From the human T2T-CHM13v2.0 reference genome, Homo sapiens, in the NCBI RefSeq assembly GCF_009914755.1, contig NC_060938.1: a stretch of DNA of 64,000 nt; one strand, 5' to 3'. Position numbers and translations under genes: made by a program. A model generated the notes under the pieces. It was not told the origin of the DNA, searched no databases, and saw only the letters and a program-made list of their open reading frames with translations. Below, one piece after another: positions 24,836-39,045 of the stretch. Position 1 is the first letter of the stretch. Every line of letters begins with the position of its first letter.

Positions 24836-25684
24836 GGTGTCACCTGTATGGAGTTTTGTGAAATCTGTCTGTCAGAAAAGCAGAGTAGCTTCCCTACAGT
24901 CAAAATGCACAAACAGAAATCATATCCTACAGTTCAATATCAATACATTACATGAACTCTCTCACAGTATCCTACAGAACTTTAAATATTCCTCTACTGT
25001 AGTAATTATTGAAGTATCTTTATATATATATATATTTTTTTTTCTCATTCATCTGACACTCACAGTCAGAATATGAGTTCCAGGGGAAAAAAAACTCTTA
25101 CCTCTCTATCTGTTAATATCCAGTAGAGTACACAGCAGTTTGCTGAAGCGGCTTTTAGTGTAGCAAGCTGATCATCTGGAAGAGATTTACAAATCCTGAG
25201 CCAATAATAAAGCTAAGTGACCTGGATAGTGTAGGCCCAAGTTGGGGGAATGAAATTGCAAAGGGGTGAAGGGGCCTGAATGCACCATTTCACAAAATCC
25301 AGTTGCATTCATTCAGCAAATATTTTCTGTACATCAAATATTATTTTCACATAGATGAGGAGATAGCATTACTTGTGTTGTCTCATTGTCAGTAGTTGAC
25401 ACAATCTTCCTCTTTTACTGTGAGTTGCTGAAGCCAGGGACCCAACTTAACTTGGCACTCTGGGGAATCCTTTATGATGAGTATCACACCTTCTACGTTT
25501 CATTAGAATTTTTAAGACAGTGGTTTGTGGCAAAAAAAAAAAAAAAAAAAGAACAAATACACAAAACGTTGAAGTGAATCATTAACATTATTTTCAGCTG
25601 ATTGTTGGGAATACAGTGAAATAATAGATTATGGCAGAACTTAAAAATGCTTAGTATTAAGATATTTCAAATACAGCAGGACAT

Positions 25685-26061
<377 letters not shown>

Positions 26062-26671
26062 TTAGGACTGATTTCATTCATCTATGTTTCTGAAAAGAAC
26101 AGGAGGTTGGGAGTGACTGGCATGGCATAGTGCTGGTTTCAGTCTATAACACGTTATTGCCAGACTTTCCTTTGTTTGCACTTCCTTCTCTCACTATAGG
26201 CTATTTCTTAGCTCCTCTTCACAGGAAAGCTCCTCAAGAACTGTGTTTTCTTCCTTCCTCTGTAGTCACTGACATTGAAGCCTTGCCCTGCATAGAAGGC
26301 CAGTGACTCAGACCTGCCTACTTCCCACTATCTCCTCAACACACTCATAAAAGCGTTTGTTGCCACTCCACTGAAAAGGCTTCAACCAAGGTCAGCAGCT
26401 GTTTACATTTTGCCAGATATCTGCTACATTTAAGGCAGATAACCATTATCTCAGACCAGAATGTCAAAAGATGTACTTAAAGTGGGTTGCTGAGAAAAGG
26501 GCCTCCTACTCTCTTTTAGATGCTATAACTTTACAGATGGTAGAAGCATTGATATTACACATTTTGAATCTAAAGCAAGACCTCTGCCTCTATAGGCCAA
26601 ACAGAGACTGAGGATGAAGTTAAGGAAGAAAGTATGTAATGATGTTTTATGTTAAAACTTTAAGATACTGG

Positions 26672-27097
26672 TGTATTAGGCAATTCTTGCCTTGCTATGA
26701 AGAAATATCTGAGATTGGGTAATTTATAAAGAGAAGAGGTTTAAGTGGCTCATGGTTCTGCAGGCTTTAGAGAAAGCATAGTGCCAGTATCCACTCAGCC
26801 TCTAGAGAGGCCCCAGGAAGCTTACAGTCATGGCAGAAAGCGAAGAGGAGCAGGCATGTCACATAGAAAAAGCAGAAGAAAGAGATAGTGGGAGCGGGAG
26901 GGGTCACAGGCTTTTAAATGACCAGATCTCACGTGAACTCAGAACCGGAGCTCACTTTCCACCAAATGGACGGTGCAAGCCATTCATGAGGGACCTGCTC
27001 CCACAATCCAATCACCTCCCATCTGTCCCCACCTCTAACACAGGGGATCACCATTCAATGTGAGATTTGGGTGGGGACAGATATCCAGACTATATCA
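26672..27097 (-). mobile_element. MSTA/MSTB solo LTR
   Basis: tgtattaggcaattcttgccttgctatgaagaaatatctgag...gggacagatatccagactatatca. Confidence 0.88.
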
Positions 27098-27399
27098 ACC
27101 TGTTTAGTCAAAAACCATAGAAAATAAAGACATAGGTAAGCAACAAGTTGGATATATATTTGTAATATAGAAGGCAGAGTGTTAATGTTTATATAAAGAG
27201 GTCTTAGGAAAAGGACTCCAAATCTCAATGGGAGGATAAACAAAAAATCCAACTGAACAATGATCACCCAAAAGAAATACAAATGGTACTTGTTCAGCTT
27301 CACAAATTTAAAAGTGGAAGATAAAATAACCGTAGGATGCCAAGATTAACATATTACATTGGCAGTGATTTCAAACATTTAAAAACTTCATGTAGTGTA

Positions 27400-27764
27400 C
27401 GACTTTCTGTTTCTAAGTTATTTTTCTTAGGATAAGGGCCTCCAGTTTCATTCAGGTTGCTGCAGAAGACATGATTTTATTATTTTTTATAGCTGAGTAG
27501 TATTTCATGGTGTGTGTGTGTGTGTGTGTGTATGTGTGTGTTTGTGTGTGTGTAGAACATTTTCTTTATCTAATCATTCATTGATGGACACTTAGGTTGA
27601 CTCCATATCACTGCTATTGTACACAGTGCTGTCATAAACATAAAACTGCAGATATCTTTTCAACATAATGATTTCTTTGCCTTTGGGTAGATATCCAGTA
27701 ATATAATTGCAGGATCAAATGGTAGTTCCATTTTCAATTATTTCAGAAATCGCCATACTGTTTT
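27400..27764 (-). mobile_element. L1PB/L1MA internal fragment with embedded (TG)n
   Basis: gactttctgtttct...ggcctccagtttcattcaggttgctgc...gatggacacttaggttga...ccatactgtttt; (TG)n at about 27510-27553. Confidence 0.82.
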
Positions 27765-28055
27765 GACAATTATTAACTAAAATAATCAATGAGCTAATTA
27801 TTAATTAAAATAATCAATTAGAGTTTAAAAACTTCATGGAAAGAAGAGAGTGTAAAAAAGAGCTTTCTCTTTTGTTACAAGTGGGAATGAAAGATAGTAG
27901 AATCTCTGCACTTGGAAACTTGTAATATATTCCAAAAACTCTAAAGTTGTCTATTTTCTTTAATATCAAAATTTCATCTCTGGGAATGTATCCTAAATAG
28001 ATTAATTCTAAATGTACGCAAATAGGAAATTGGAACGATGTTTGTGGTAGTACAT

Positions 28056-28382
<327 letters not shown>

Positions 28383-29989
28383 GTGGTAGTACATTCTTAT
28401 GCAGATATTTATTGGCCATAGAGACCCCTCTGAGTGCGGGCAGGACAGAAACCCCCAACTCAAGGCAGAGCCTGACCTATAGCACCTAGGATCCATCAGT
28501 CACTGGCACTGAAGCCTTGCCTGGCAGGTGATCAGAGCTTGCCTGCTTCCTGTCCACTGTCACCATGACCACTGTACATTCTATACCACAACTGCCACCA
28601 TCTCCTCCAGTGCGAGAGAAAAGGAAACACTTAGCCCCACAATAAAGCCATCAGGTTTCTGTCTTCAGATCACAGCTAAATTCTGTGAGACTAACCAATG
28701 TTGCTTGAAATTACTGAGACTAAACTCCTCCTCACAGTTATTGCCAAAACTGTAAGACCATCCCATCATCCATACTCACCTCTTGGCCCTGTGATGCACT
28801 GAGCATCCTCATCCCCAGTGCACCCTCCCATGCCTCTTTCGTTTTCCAAATCTTTTCATCAAGACTTTGGAACATCCACACATAACTGGAAACTCATCCA
28901 TAGCTCCAGCCTCTATACTTCAACTAAGACTGACTCTCTGTGAGTCTACACTGCTACTCCTGCATTTTATCCAGTGGAATTTGGCCTTTCTCCCACATCT
29001 TATGGATTCTGGATTGAAATGTGTAAGTTGGACAAGGTCCTTTCTTTCTGATCTAGACTCTCACCCCTACACCTGATAGAGAAACTCTCAGGCTTTGGTA
29101 TGTGTCCTCTATACCCCCCCTCACTGTTCTCATCTTCTAGCCCTTGTAAACTACACCTCATTCACTGACATCTTTGTTCCTGGCTTACTGTATTCCTCTC
29201 TGCCTCAACTCCATCTGTAGCATCAACCTGAGCATTATGTCAATACCTTGGCCTCTCAGATACTCACCTCCTCTCTCATGCTTCCTCCTTTTCCCAAGTT
29301 GCCCACTGGAACTCTCCATGAGCTCTGGAATCAGCAGGTTCAGATCCTGATTTTGCCGTTTACTATATAGGTGATCTTGAGCTTATTTCTTAACTTCTCT
29401 GATTCCCAGTTTTTTCATCTGTAAAAGAGTGTACACGTGGTTCCTGCCTCACAAGAAAGCCACTGGTTCTTCTTAGTGCCTCAGCATGCATGGAGATGTT
29501 ATTTAAAATATGATTTTTTATCTTATTTCCTTGCTAATAACTTAATAATTCTATAAAATAATTGTTATTATAGGCCTAAAATCATAGCATATCATTTTCT
29601 TCTCTTGAGATATAAAGTTTTCTATACCTTATCTAGAAGAATAACTTTAAAGTGGTATATTCTTAAATTATTGACAAAAACTTTTAAACCATATAGACAA
29701 AAGTTTACAAATAAAAACCTCTTCCACTAACTGCCCTCAAGACTTTGTTCCCCAACATAAAAGTAACATTTCAATAGTTTTCTTGTTTTGTAAATTCCTT
29801 TAAAAACATCACAGATTTTTTTGAAGAAAAATTACAGAATCAGAAGTAGCCAACTGTCAAACCATCCAGATTACAATGCACTAAGCACAAAGCCAAAAGA
29901 CCGGGTAAATAGCAGCTGTTTATGGCACAGGTTCTGAATTTCAAGGACCATGTACATACTTGACAGCCAAGTGGATGCCAATCTGTTTC

Positions 29990-30820
29990 AGTTGTGCAGC
30001 TTAATAAACAATCCCAGCACAAATTTATTTGCTCAAGACAGTGTACATTGGTGATCTGGGCTGTGTTCAGCCAGGTAGATCTGCTGGTCTTACCTGGGAT
30101 TCTTCATGTACTGGCAGCCATCAAGAAGCTTGACTGGTATGAGATGATCCAAGATGGCCTTGCTCACATGTGTGATGTTGGTGCTGGCCATGGGTGGGGC
30201 CTCTCACCCCACATCATTTCCCATCCTCAAGACTAGGCTTGGCTTCTACACATAGCAGGACCAGGGCAGCAAGGCAGTGAGAGCAGAAGCTACAAGGCTT
30301 CATGAGGCTGAGGCTCAGAAGTCACACCATATCTGGCCAGGCATGGTGGCTCACACTTGTAATCCCAGCACTTTGGGAGGCCGAGGTGGGTGGATCATGA
30401 GGTCAGGAGTTCGAGACCAGCCTGACCAACATGGTGAAACCCCGTCTCTACTGAAAATACAAAAATTATCCGGGCGTGGTGGTGCGTGCCTGTAGTCCCA
30501 GCTACAGGCTGAGGCAGAAGAATCACTTGAACCTGGGAGGCAGAGATTGCAGTGAGCCGAGATCGTGCCACTGCACTCCAGTCTGGACCAGAGTGAGACT
30601 CCATCTCAAAAAAAATAAAAAATCAAAAGAAGTCATACCATATCTGTAGAGTTCTATTCATCAAAACAAGTTACAAGTTCAGACCAAATTGAAGAGGGGG
30701 AAAAAAAGAAAACAACTCTGCTTCTGAATGGCAAAGGCAATAGAGTCACATTGCAAAGGAATGCACCAACGATGATGATAGAAATTGTTGTGGCCATTGT
30801 TGAAAACGATCTATTTCAGA
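29990..30820 (-). mobile_element. Old MLT1 (H-K-like) LTR interrupted by an Alu
   Basis: gcttaataaacaa...atttatttgctca...ctgggctg...gatggccttgctcacatg...gtcacattgcaaagg. Confidence 0.6.
30335..30627 (+). mobile_element. AluSg-like element
   Basis: Dimeric Alu; TSD agaagtcacaccatatct (30317-30334) / agaagtcataccatatct (30628-30645). Confidence 0.92.
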
Positions 30821-30829
30821 GCCATTTTT

Positions 30830-31120
30830 TTGAGTAATCTTTTTAAAAGCATGAAATAAAATGCACAGAATTACAAAGGCAACCAATTTTATAGAGTAAT
30901 TAAAAATTAGTTATCAAAATATTTCCAAAAACAAAACTTTTGATGTAGTGATACAAGCTCTTTATTTTAACCATTAAGGAAGCAATATCTAGCAGAGATC
31001 CTTATCACTACTGTAATTTCAAATTAATGTTGGTTTTTTTACATTGGTGACAAGCTCACAGATAGTGCTAACACTATTGCAATTTGTTTCCTTCAATTCT
31101 TAATTGAAGTAAATGCACAT
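30830..31120. mobile_element. Probable hAT-Charlie DNA transposon remnant
   Basis: ttacaaaggcaaccaatt...gttatcaaaatattt...actactgtaatttcaaa resemble Charlie internal sequence, from recall only. Confidence 0.4.
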
Positions 31121-32749
31121 TTTTAGTTGAGACTAGAGAAAATAGACATATAAGTTTTCTTTCTTTTAGTGCATGGTCTCCTGATGTCTAAGGACCCAGG
31201 AGAAGTAGCCTGCTCATATGTGTGTGTGACACTCTGGGTACCTACACTAATAAATATAATCTGAGTATGCCTAACTCTTGCATGTGCAAGATCTTTACTC
31301 AAACCGTTCATTCCTACAGTCAACATATTGTTTGGACGTTCATGATGTGTCAAGCTCTGCTTATCTTATATCCAAACATGTGCGGATAGAGGCAAAGCCC
31401 TTGCTCTTGCACAGCACACATTTTAGCTAATGTTATCTTATAATGAATAGATGAATTGCTCCTGCTGTTATATCTATTTCAAGATCAGTTACAGCAAAGT
31501 TATTTTTTTGTATTGTAAACAGACGCCTTGCACATTACCTAGCACAAAGCTTGGTGCATCTGGCAGATGCTGGATATGTATTTCTTGCATGAACGAAGAG
31601 CTGCTTTTTCTACCATAGTAGTAATAATATTAAAATTTCAGAAAGCATTGTTGAGGCTCTTTTTTCTCTCCCTAAGTGGAATAATTCAAATAATTTTGGG
31701 GGGATGCCTTGATCAGCGGTAAAAACAAATGAGATAAAATATATTAAGTTCTAAAAGTGTATCTGGGCAGAGATATTTCCATGAATACCCGGTGATTAAG
31801 CATAATGTAAGCATACCCCTTAATGATGTTTATGTGTGAGAATATATCCAAGGAGATTATTTAAATGGGTGATGTGAGTACAGTGCTAGCCATGAAGCCA
31901 ATTTTAAAATCACTGTTGAATGTAAGACTGCACCTGTTAAAACAGTAATTTTCTGTACGGCAGTTTCTATGTTTACCATAAAATAGCAGTAGCTTGATCT
32001 TTATAGAAGATGAAATTGGGTTTTCATCCTAAGAGGCAATAAATAGTAGCATGTTCATTCTCAGCAAGTCCCTCTATTGACCTCATTACTACACACTATT
32101 TCTAGGGAGTAATAATAGGAATATTTTTTATTAATCTTACTTTTTCTCTCATAAGAGAGGAAAGCACATTTTCCTGTGTACAGTCTCACCCACAATTCTG
32201 TACTGTAGTTTAAAGCTTGACAACTTTGCAAAATAACTGGAGAAAACATGTATGAGATTAAAGTAATCAGCCCCAGCTAACTCAAGTACACAGTCAATCT
32301 CATCATTTAATTCAGACTTGATTGTCCTCCCTATTGACCCTTTTCTTTCTTCCAATCTATTTGCCTTCTCTTAGATTTATTATCTTTTCTATCCCTCCTA
32401 GATTCCTTGGTTCATCACCCTATTTAAACCTTAATAGCACAATGCATGGAATTTTGCCACTCTCTTCCCACCACCCATATCTTAGAAATTTCTCAATTTT
32501 GATTTAATCCTGAATTTGAACACCTTCCTTCTTGCTCTTTTCTGAATAGTGAAATTGCATATGGATATATAGATATGGAGATAGACACAGATATAGAACA
32601 ATCTAGAATATGACTTCTACACATATTTGAGCTCTAAGTTTTGCTGAAACTTCAGGGTCTCTTGGAAGACATTCCTTTTCCCATTCTCCCCAGCACATAT
32701 TCTGAACTTTCATCATGTTCATCACACCCACTATGCTATACTTCCCCAT

Positions 32750-34350
32750 GTTATACTCAGCATTTAAACATGCCTTCTAAGTCATCGAGATGATGAGAAT
32801 CATTAATCAAGAACTCCTTTCATATCCCTGTCTTGGCCTTTTTAAGAATTTATCTTCTTTACCTCCACCCATTAGATATCCAAGGATGAAAATGACGTTG
32901 CTTCCCTCCAAAGCGAATCCTTTCACTTAGGGTATAGATTTACAAGATCTTCAGGCTTTTCTGGAAACTTCCTCCATTAATGATTCTCTTTTTTCTGTAT
33001 CTTCAATCCCTTTCTCTCCATGGGAAGTTTTCCCTTAGCCCATAAGCAAAACGAGTCTCTCCTTTATTAGCGAACAAAAGCAAATACAAGACAAAATGAA
33101 AAACAATCAAGGAAACAAAAACAAAGCAAACATGAGAAGAAATAAAACCTTAGAGCACCTTGCTGTTCAGCAGCCTACTGTAAACTAACTCCTGCCCCAT
33201 GTTCCCTGCTATTCCACTCAAATTACTCTCATTGATGTAACCCACAAATTCCCGATATCCAACTTCTGTCCCCCTTTCAGTCCTCATTTTTCTTAACTTG
33301 TCTGCTACATAGGATACTATTAACCACCCTAGTTCACCCAAGATCCCCTCCCACCTTGTTAGCTGACATGCTCATATTAGCCTCTTTGGCTTGTATACTA
33401 CCACTCTCATCTCTCCTTCTCATTCTCTTGGCTGAGCTCCTCTTCCTCACTTATTAAATGTTGTTACACCCCGTTTGCTCCTGTTTTCTCTTCCCTTAAG
33501 TCCATGATCCCACTTAAGCCCATGGCTTCAACTCTTACCTAATACTGAGAGGTTCCAAATAAGTTTTTCCCATTCATACCTTTCTCTTGGGCTTCTCACA
33601 GCTTACCTTAAAGTGGATATCATACAGAAACCTCAAGGTCAACACATCCTAAATGGAATGTATTATCTTCCTTCTCATTCCAATACATACACCATGTTTC
33701 TAAATTGTCCTTCCACCTCATGTCTTCCTATCTTACCCATAAGCAAGGGAAGGCACATTAGAAATCAAAGCATCTCTTTCATTTCTTTGCCTCTGCTTCC
33801 ATTCCCAATCAGCTCTCCCCCTGCTTGTTTCTAAAATGTATCTCATCTTTTTAACCACTTCTGGTATTGCTTTAATTCAAGCCTCATCATCTTTTGCTTC
33901 GATTAGACAGACATTAGGGCCCCAGTTCTGATAGGTGTAATTTCTGGTCTCATTATTGTTATTCTGTCACACAATATCCTGCACAGGAGTCCTTTTGAAT
34001 TACTTGAATTTCAAGTTCTCATAAGCCTTTTCCCCTGTACATTAACTCGTGGCTCTCTCTGCCTGGAATCACCTTCCCTTTATACTAACTACTTGGTCCT
34101 TGGAGAATGACATATTTTTTTCTTCTAGGCTCACTTAAAACGTTACCTTTTTGCTAGAATTAGGTACTTAAGGTGTAAAAAATAATTTTTATACATGACT
34201 CTTATGGACCTCTCATCGATTTTATATTTGTTGCCTCTACAAAGCTGTGAACAAAAGGAGAGAAGTCATGTCTTATTAATCTTCTCTTCCCAATGCATAA
34301 CCCAGTGCCTGGACCATATTAGACACTCACATTGTCTTGAATAAAGGAAG
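32750..34350 (+). mobile_element. Long degenerate L2 LINE
   Basis: Pyrimidine-rich L2 ORF2 remnants (ttcagtcctcatttttcttaacttgtctgc) ending in the L2 3' end cagtgcctggaccatattagacactc...tgaataaag. Confidence 0.6.
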
Positions 34351-35159
34351 GAAGAAAAAACTAGAAGAAAATAATTTGGAGGCAGTACTGTAGCATATAT
34401 GAACTCATTTGCTTGTTCCACAAATAATGTCAGCAACCAACATGGTCTCTAACACAGAAAGAAACTGAAGAGAAAGTAGGATTTTATAACAGATTTTCTA
34501 TAGAGCATGTCCTTATGTTACCATAGTCCCCAAAGTCTAGATATAATCTGAGTTGGTGCAATCAATCTTTTAGGAACAAGATGATTAAAAGCTGAGTAAA
34601 TAATTTTCAAATTGTTTCCTCAAGATATTGAGCACTGATACAGTTACTATGCTTACAATAAAGATCTTGCTTTCTATTACATTAAAAAGGAAATGAGGAT
34701 TACCGCTCCATTTCAAAGATGAAGAAGTGAAGAATAAAACAATTAATGAATGCAGTTAGGTTTATGAGAAATTTAGAGCTCATAATTGTAACTCTACTTC
34801 TTTCCCTCTCACTCCAAAAAGCATTTCAAAATACAAGTGAGAGTGAGGTTAATCTTTCATTCAGTCAAATTTATAAATGCATAAACCATTCACAAATTTT
34901 AATACTTTACTATTAGTATTGTTTTGCTTGTGATATATCTTTCCACCGATTAAAATGGATATATAACTATGTGTCTTAACAGTAAAGTTGGAAACCGTTT
35001 CACTAGACTATTGACTGATTCACCAAACCTCATTCCTTCACTGGCAAATTTTGAAAACATCATCAAAATAATCTCTATGATTAGGTGCTCAGTTACATTT
35101 ATATTCTTGCCATTGACAAATAGATATTTCTCAAAAGTGTATTTCTCAAAAAAAATTCA

Positions 35160-35408
35160 CTTAATGCAGTGTGGTGTTTTGGATTGGATTCTGGAACAAC
35201 AACAGAAAAGATACCAGTGAAAAATCTAAGGAAATCTGACCAAAGCCTGCAGGTCGGATAGTAGTATTATACCAATGTTAAATTTTTAGCTTTGATAAAC
35301 GGTTACGTAAACAGTTAACATTAGCAAAAGCTTGATGAGGTGTATATGGGATCTCTCTGTACTATCCTTGCAACTCTTCTGCCAATCTAAAATTATCTCA
35401 AAAAAATT
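35160..35408 (+). mobile_element. L1M (MB/MC-type) 3' end
   Basis: aatgcagtgtggtgttttggattggattctggaac...gcaactcttctgccaatctaaaattatctcaaaaaaa. Confidence 0.75.
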
Positions 35409-36644
35409 TCAATGTTACCTTATTCTTAAAGAGATGCCTTTATGAAATTATTATTACTGTGAAAAAGCAGGTTAACAGGTTCTCATACTCACTACATATT
35501 TTTCATCTGAAAATATGCACAAGGTACAAAGAAGAGCCTAGAGTAGTGGATTCCCAGACCAGCATCCCAGTTTTAAATAAGTAAATGTGAGTTTACAGTT
35601 GTTCCAATGTTACTACTTTGCCATTGCAGAAAAAGGGAATGAAGTGTCAGGAGATAAAATTGATTTTTACTCCTTCTGCTAGATAATAATGCCTAACATC
35701 TATCTTACTTTTAAGATCAAGGCCAGGAACTAAGACACAGCCTGGAGGGAAAAAAATCAAAATCAATATTATGCATTATATCCTAGCCACATATGATTCA
35801 TGCTGAAATTAATACTATAGATACAGGTCAGAGCTAGTAATACCAATTTAGAATTACTTTTCAAGATAAGAGTTTGTGATCATTTCTATGTGCCCAGGTT
35901 ACATTTCTCCCTTCCTGAGAGAGCTCTGCTACGTTAAAAAGGGTGTGTGTGTGTTTATGTGTGTGTGTGTGTACAGCAAGGGGTGGGCAATGTGCTAGAG
36001 ATTAGGCCAGAAATGTGAAAAATGGTTTTGTTTCATTACTACCTTCTTATAACTAACTATGTACAGATAGTGACGGTCAGAATCTGAAGGACGCATCAGC
36101 AGCATTAGGTATTCATGCATGCATTAAACACCTACCGTGTATTTAGAGGCTGATATTAAAAGGAAAGAAATCTAATATTGCTGAATACAAAAACGTACAG
36201 AGTGGTAGACTGAAATAATGATCTATTTTTCTTTCCTTTATATAACACATAATTCTCTCTGACATTAGTAGGGTTTAAGAATGAATAGGGAATGAAAAAT
36301 GTACTTTATTTCCATCTATGCCCTATCCTTAGCAGAATCTGCCCAGTTTAAATGCAGTTACATGATGCAGAGCCTTTAATGTGGACATTCAGGCATCAGG
36401 AAATATGAGGAATGCTTGTGTCAGGGCCTACATCTCAAAATCATGTGAGTCTTCTCAGTATGCTTGCATTTTAGATGGGCAATAATACAAGGATAATGTT
36501 CAGAGTGAGGTTGAGAATTTTTGAACACTGAATGTGCTTTTTATATTCAAAGAAAAAAAATGAAACCCATTCTAGGTATCACAAGTTTGTAAACTTCCAG
36601 AAATATGACTGCTTACTTTGAAAAGATTATAATGTAAACCTAAA

Positions 36645-36880
36645 ATTCTTAATAGCAAGTGCTAACCTCACTGAGTACTTATTCCATGAGGGGCACGGTG
36701 CGAAGGACTCAGGTGACTTTCACCAATAATATTATGCTGTAAAGGCCATTATTAGCATGTCCATTAGTTATTTGGTGTCTTAGTGAGGTAAAGTAAATAA
36801 CCTAATGTTAAACAACTAGTAAGTGGACCTGTAATTCAAACTAGGGCAGTTTGAGCCCAGAGTCCACACTTATAATCTTC
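36645..36880 (-). mobile_element. MIR SINE
   Basis: aatagcaagtgctaacctcactgagtactt...aacaactagtaagtgg...aattcaaactagggcagtttgagcccagagtcc. Confidence 0.65.
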
Positions 36881-38008
36881 CCCTTGCAATAATGGTCCTT
36901 CTTGGTTCAATAATTAAATTACAACCCAAGAATTTCTTTGGCTCTAAAATAATAAACAAAATTGTTCTCACTACTTGAATAGAGCTTTTTTATTTCCTAC
37001 AAAAGACACATTTTTACATTGTCTTTTTTCTGGTTATTTGACTTCCCTTAATAAAGAAGTTTTTATTTTATAGTATTTAAACAAAAAGTAAATGTTTCTG
37101 TTGCAAAGGGGGAAAGAGACAGAAGAAAATTTGTGTTGCAATTGGAAGAAGCTTCAGAGATGTATGGCACAAAAAGAGACAAAGGCATGCAGATTACATT
37201 GGCTGGTCTGCGTAATTTGGTGAGGCCTAAAAATGCTGTGTCCATATTGCAAATATTACACGTAGAGGACAGGACAAAATAGCCCTTGGGGCCATATAGA
37301 ACAATGGGTATCTCATGAGGCAAAGCTCATGATGTGAGGAAGCCCCACAAAAAGAGAGGAAGTGTGAACAAGAATGCCTGCCTGCCAACACTAGGATTGG
37401 CCCTGGCATACACATAGTAATGTTCAAAAATGCAAAAAAAAAAGTCCCATGTCCTGAAGCTGGGCATGGATACCTTCTCCCACTACATGCAAAATTAGGA
37501 TCTTCTATATGGTCAGCGGTGCCTCCGGTGAGGAGCTGGTGTGAACTTTCGGGCATTCATTGACTGTACACCATGATGGCGGTGAGATGAGTCCCACTCT
37601 GCACTGTCCCTGACCACGAGGACGGGGCCAAGCTGCCTTCCAAGAAGGAAGAGATTTTAATCAGAAAGTAATCAAAGAAATCTCAGAAGAAATGTATGAA
37701 AGGTAAAAAGAAAAAAAAATGCCTTCTGGAGAAGCACTTCTGGCAAGGGCAAGCATCTGTGAGCATCGCCTCCAGGGCTGGCCATTATGGTCCAGGTGAT
37801 GACTATGTGTGACAGAGGCTGAAAAAACCTTATGAACCCTCTTCATTCCCACCCTAGCTCATGTGATACAGGTGCATCCTATTCAATACATATTAAATAT
37901 AATTGTAAGACTGTTCTGAATCCCTGAAAAATGATTGCAGAAAGTTGAAGTTGTTGCCACTTAATTTACAAAACCTTTTTCTTCCACAAACGAAATGTAG
38001 TCAGCTGG

Positions 38009-38377
38009 TGCTTTGGACTAAATGTTTGAATCTTTCCTAAAATTCATATTTTAAAACCCTAAGCCCTAGTGTGATGGTACTTGGAGGTGGGGCTTTTGGG
38101 AGGTATATAGGTCATGAGAGTGGAACCCTCAAGCTTGGATTAGTGCCCTTATAAGAAGGGACAGGAGAGGGTTTGCTTCCTCTCTTTGTTCTCCACCATA
38201 TGAGGACACAAAAAGAAGACAGTTGTCTGCCCACCAGGAAGCAGACCCTCACCAGACACAGGAGCTGCCAGCACTTTGCTTTTGGACCTCATAGCCTCCA
38301 GAACTGTGAAACTAGATTGTTGTTTAAGCCACACAGTTTATGGTATTCAGTTATAATAACCCAAACAGAGGAAGACA
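38009..38377 (+). mobile_element. MLT1A0-like solo LTR
   Basis: tgctttggactaaatg...ggattagtgcccttataag...agcctccagaactgtga...gaagaca; perfect 5-bp TSD GCTGG. Confidence 0.9.
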
Positions 38378-38750
38378 GCTGGCAACTGGAACTATCGTTG
38401 TCCACATTTCCAGTGTGGTCATAGCTATCATTTTGAATGCTATTAATAATACCCCTTAGCATGCTTAAAGAAAACAAGGGAAAATAGGTCCCTTCCCCTT
38501 TAAGGTAAGATTCCTTCCTCGAAAATGTTTTTAGTTCTATCATATGCTATGTGACATTTTACATGACAAGAACCTCAGAAAGGGGCTGAAGAAAAGGGAA
38601 AATGTACCCTCTATAGGCAAGCAATCAGTTGAGAATGATTCTAATCCTACATTGACCCACTCTGTCTCAATGCTGTTATTTATAGCAGCATTTGGTTGAA
38701 ATCCCCCCGGGCTGCTTCTCTTTCTGTGAAGCCGGTAGTGAGAAGTGCTT

Positions 38751-38968
38751 TATAAAGAGGCTCCCAAGCACTTCAGCTCTGGCTGGGAGATCTGCACAAA
38801 CAGCTCCAACTGGTGTCAAAGCCCCCATCTGGGTACACAGCGTGGATACATCATCTGCTTATCTGCCCAGTCCGGATGTGAATGTGTAGAATTCGGTACA
38901 CACGTGTCAGCTTTTCCTCTCTGAGAGGAAAGAGAGCCCATGGGGAGAGATAGAGAGAGAAAGTAAGT
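38751..38968 (+). promoter_or_regulatory. Candidate TATA promoter and first exon ending at a splice donor
   Basis: TATAAAGAGG at 38751; unique, relatively GC/CpG-richer segment; GAAA|GTAAGT donor at 38963 followed by (TG)n. Confidence 0.3.
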
Positions 38969-39022
<54 letters not shown>

Positions 39023-39045
39023 AGTGTGACTGTGTGTGTATGTTT
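38967..39045. repeat. (TG)n microsatellite
   Basis: Long interrupted tgtgtg run. Confidence 0.9.
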
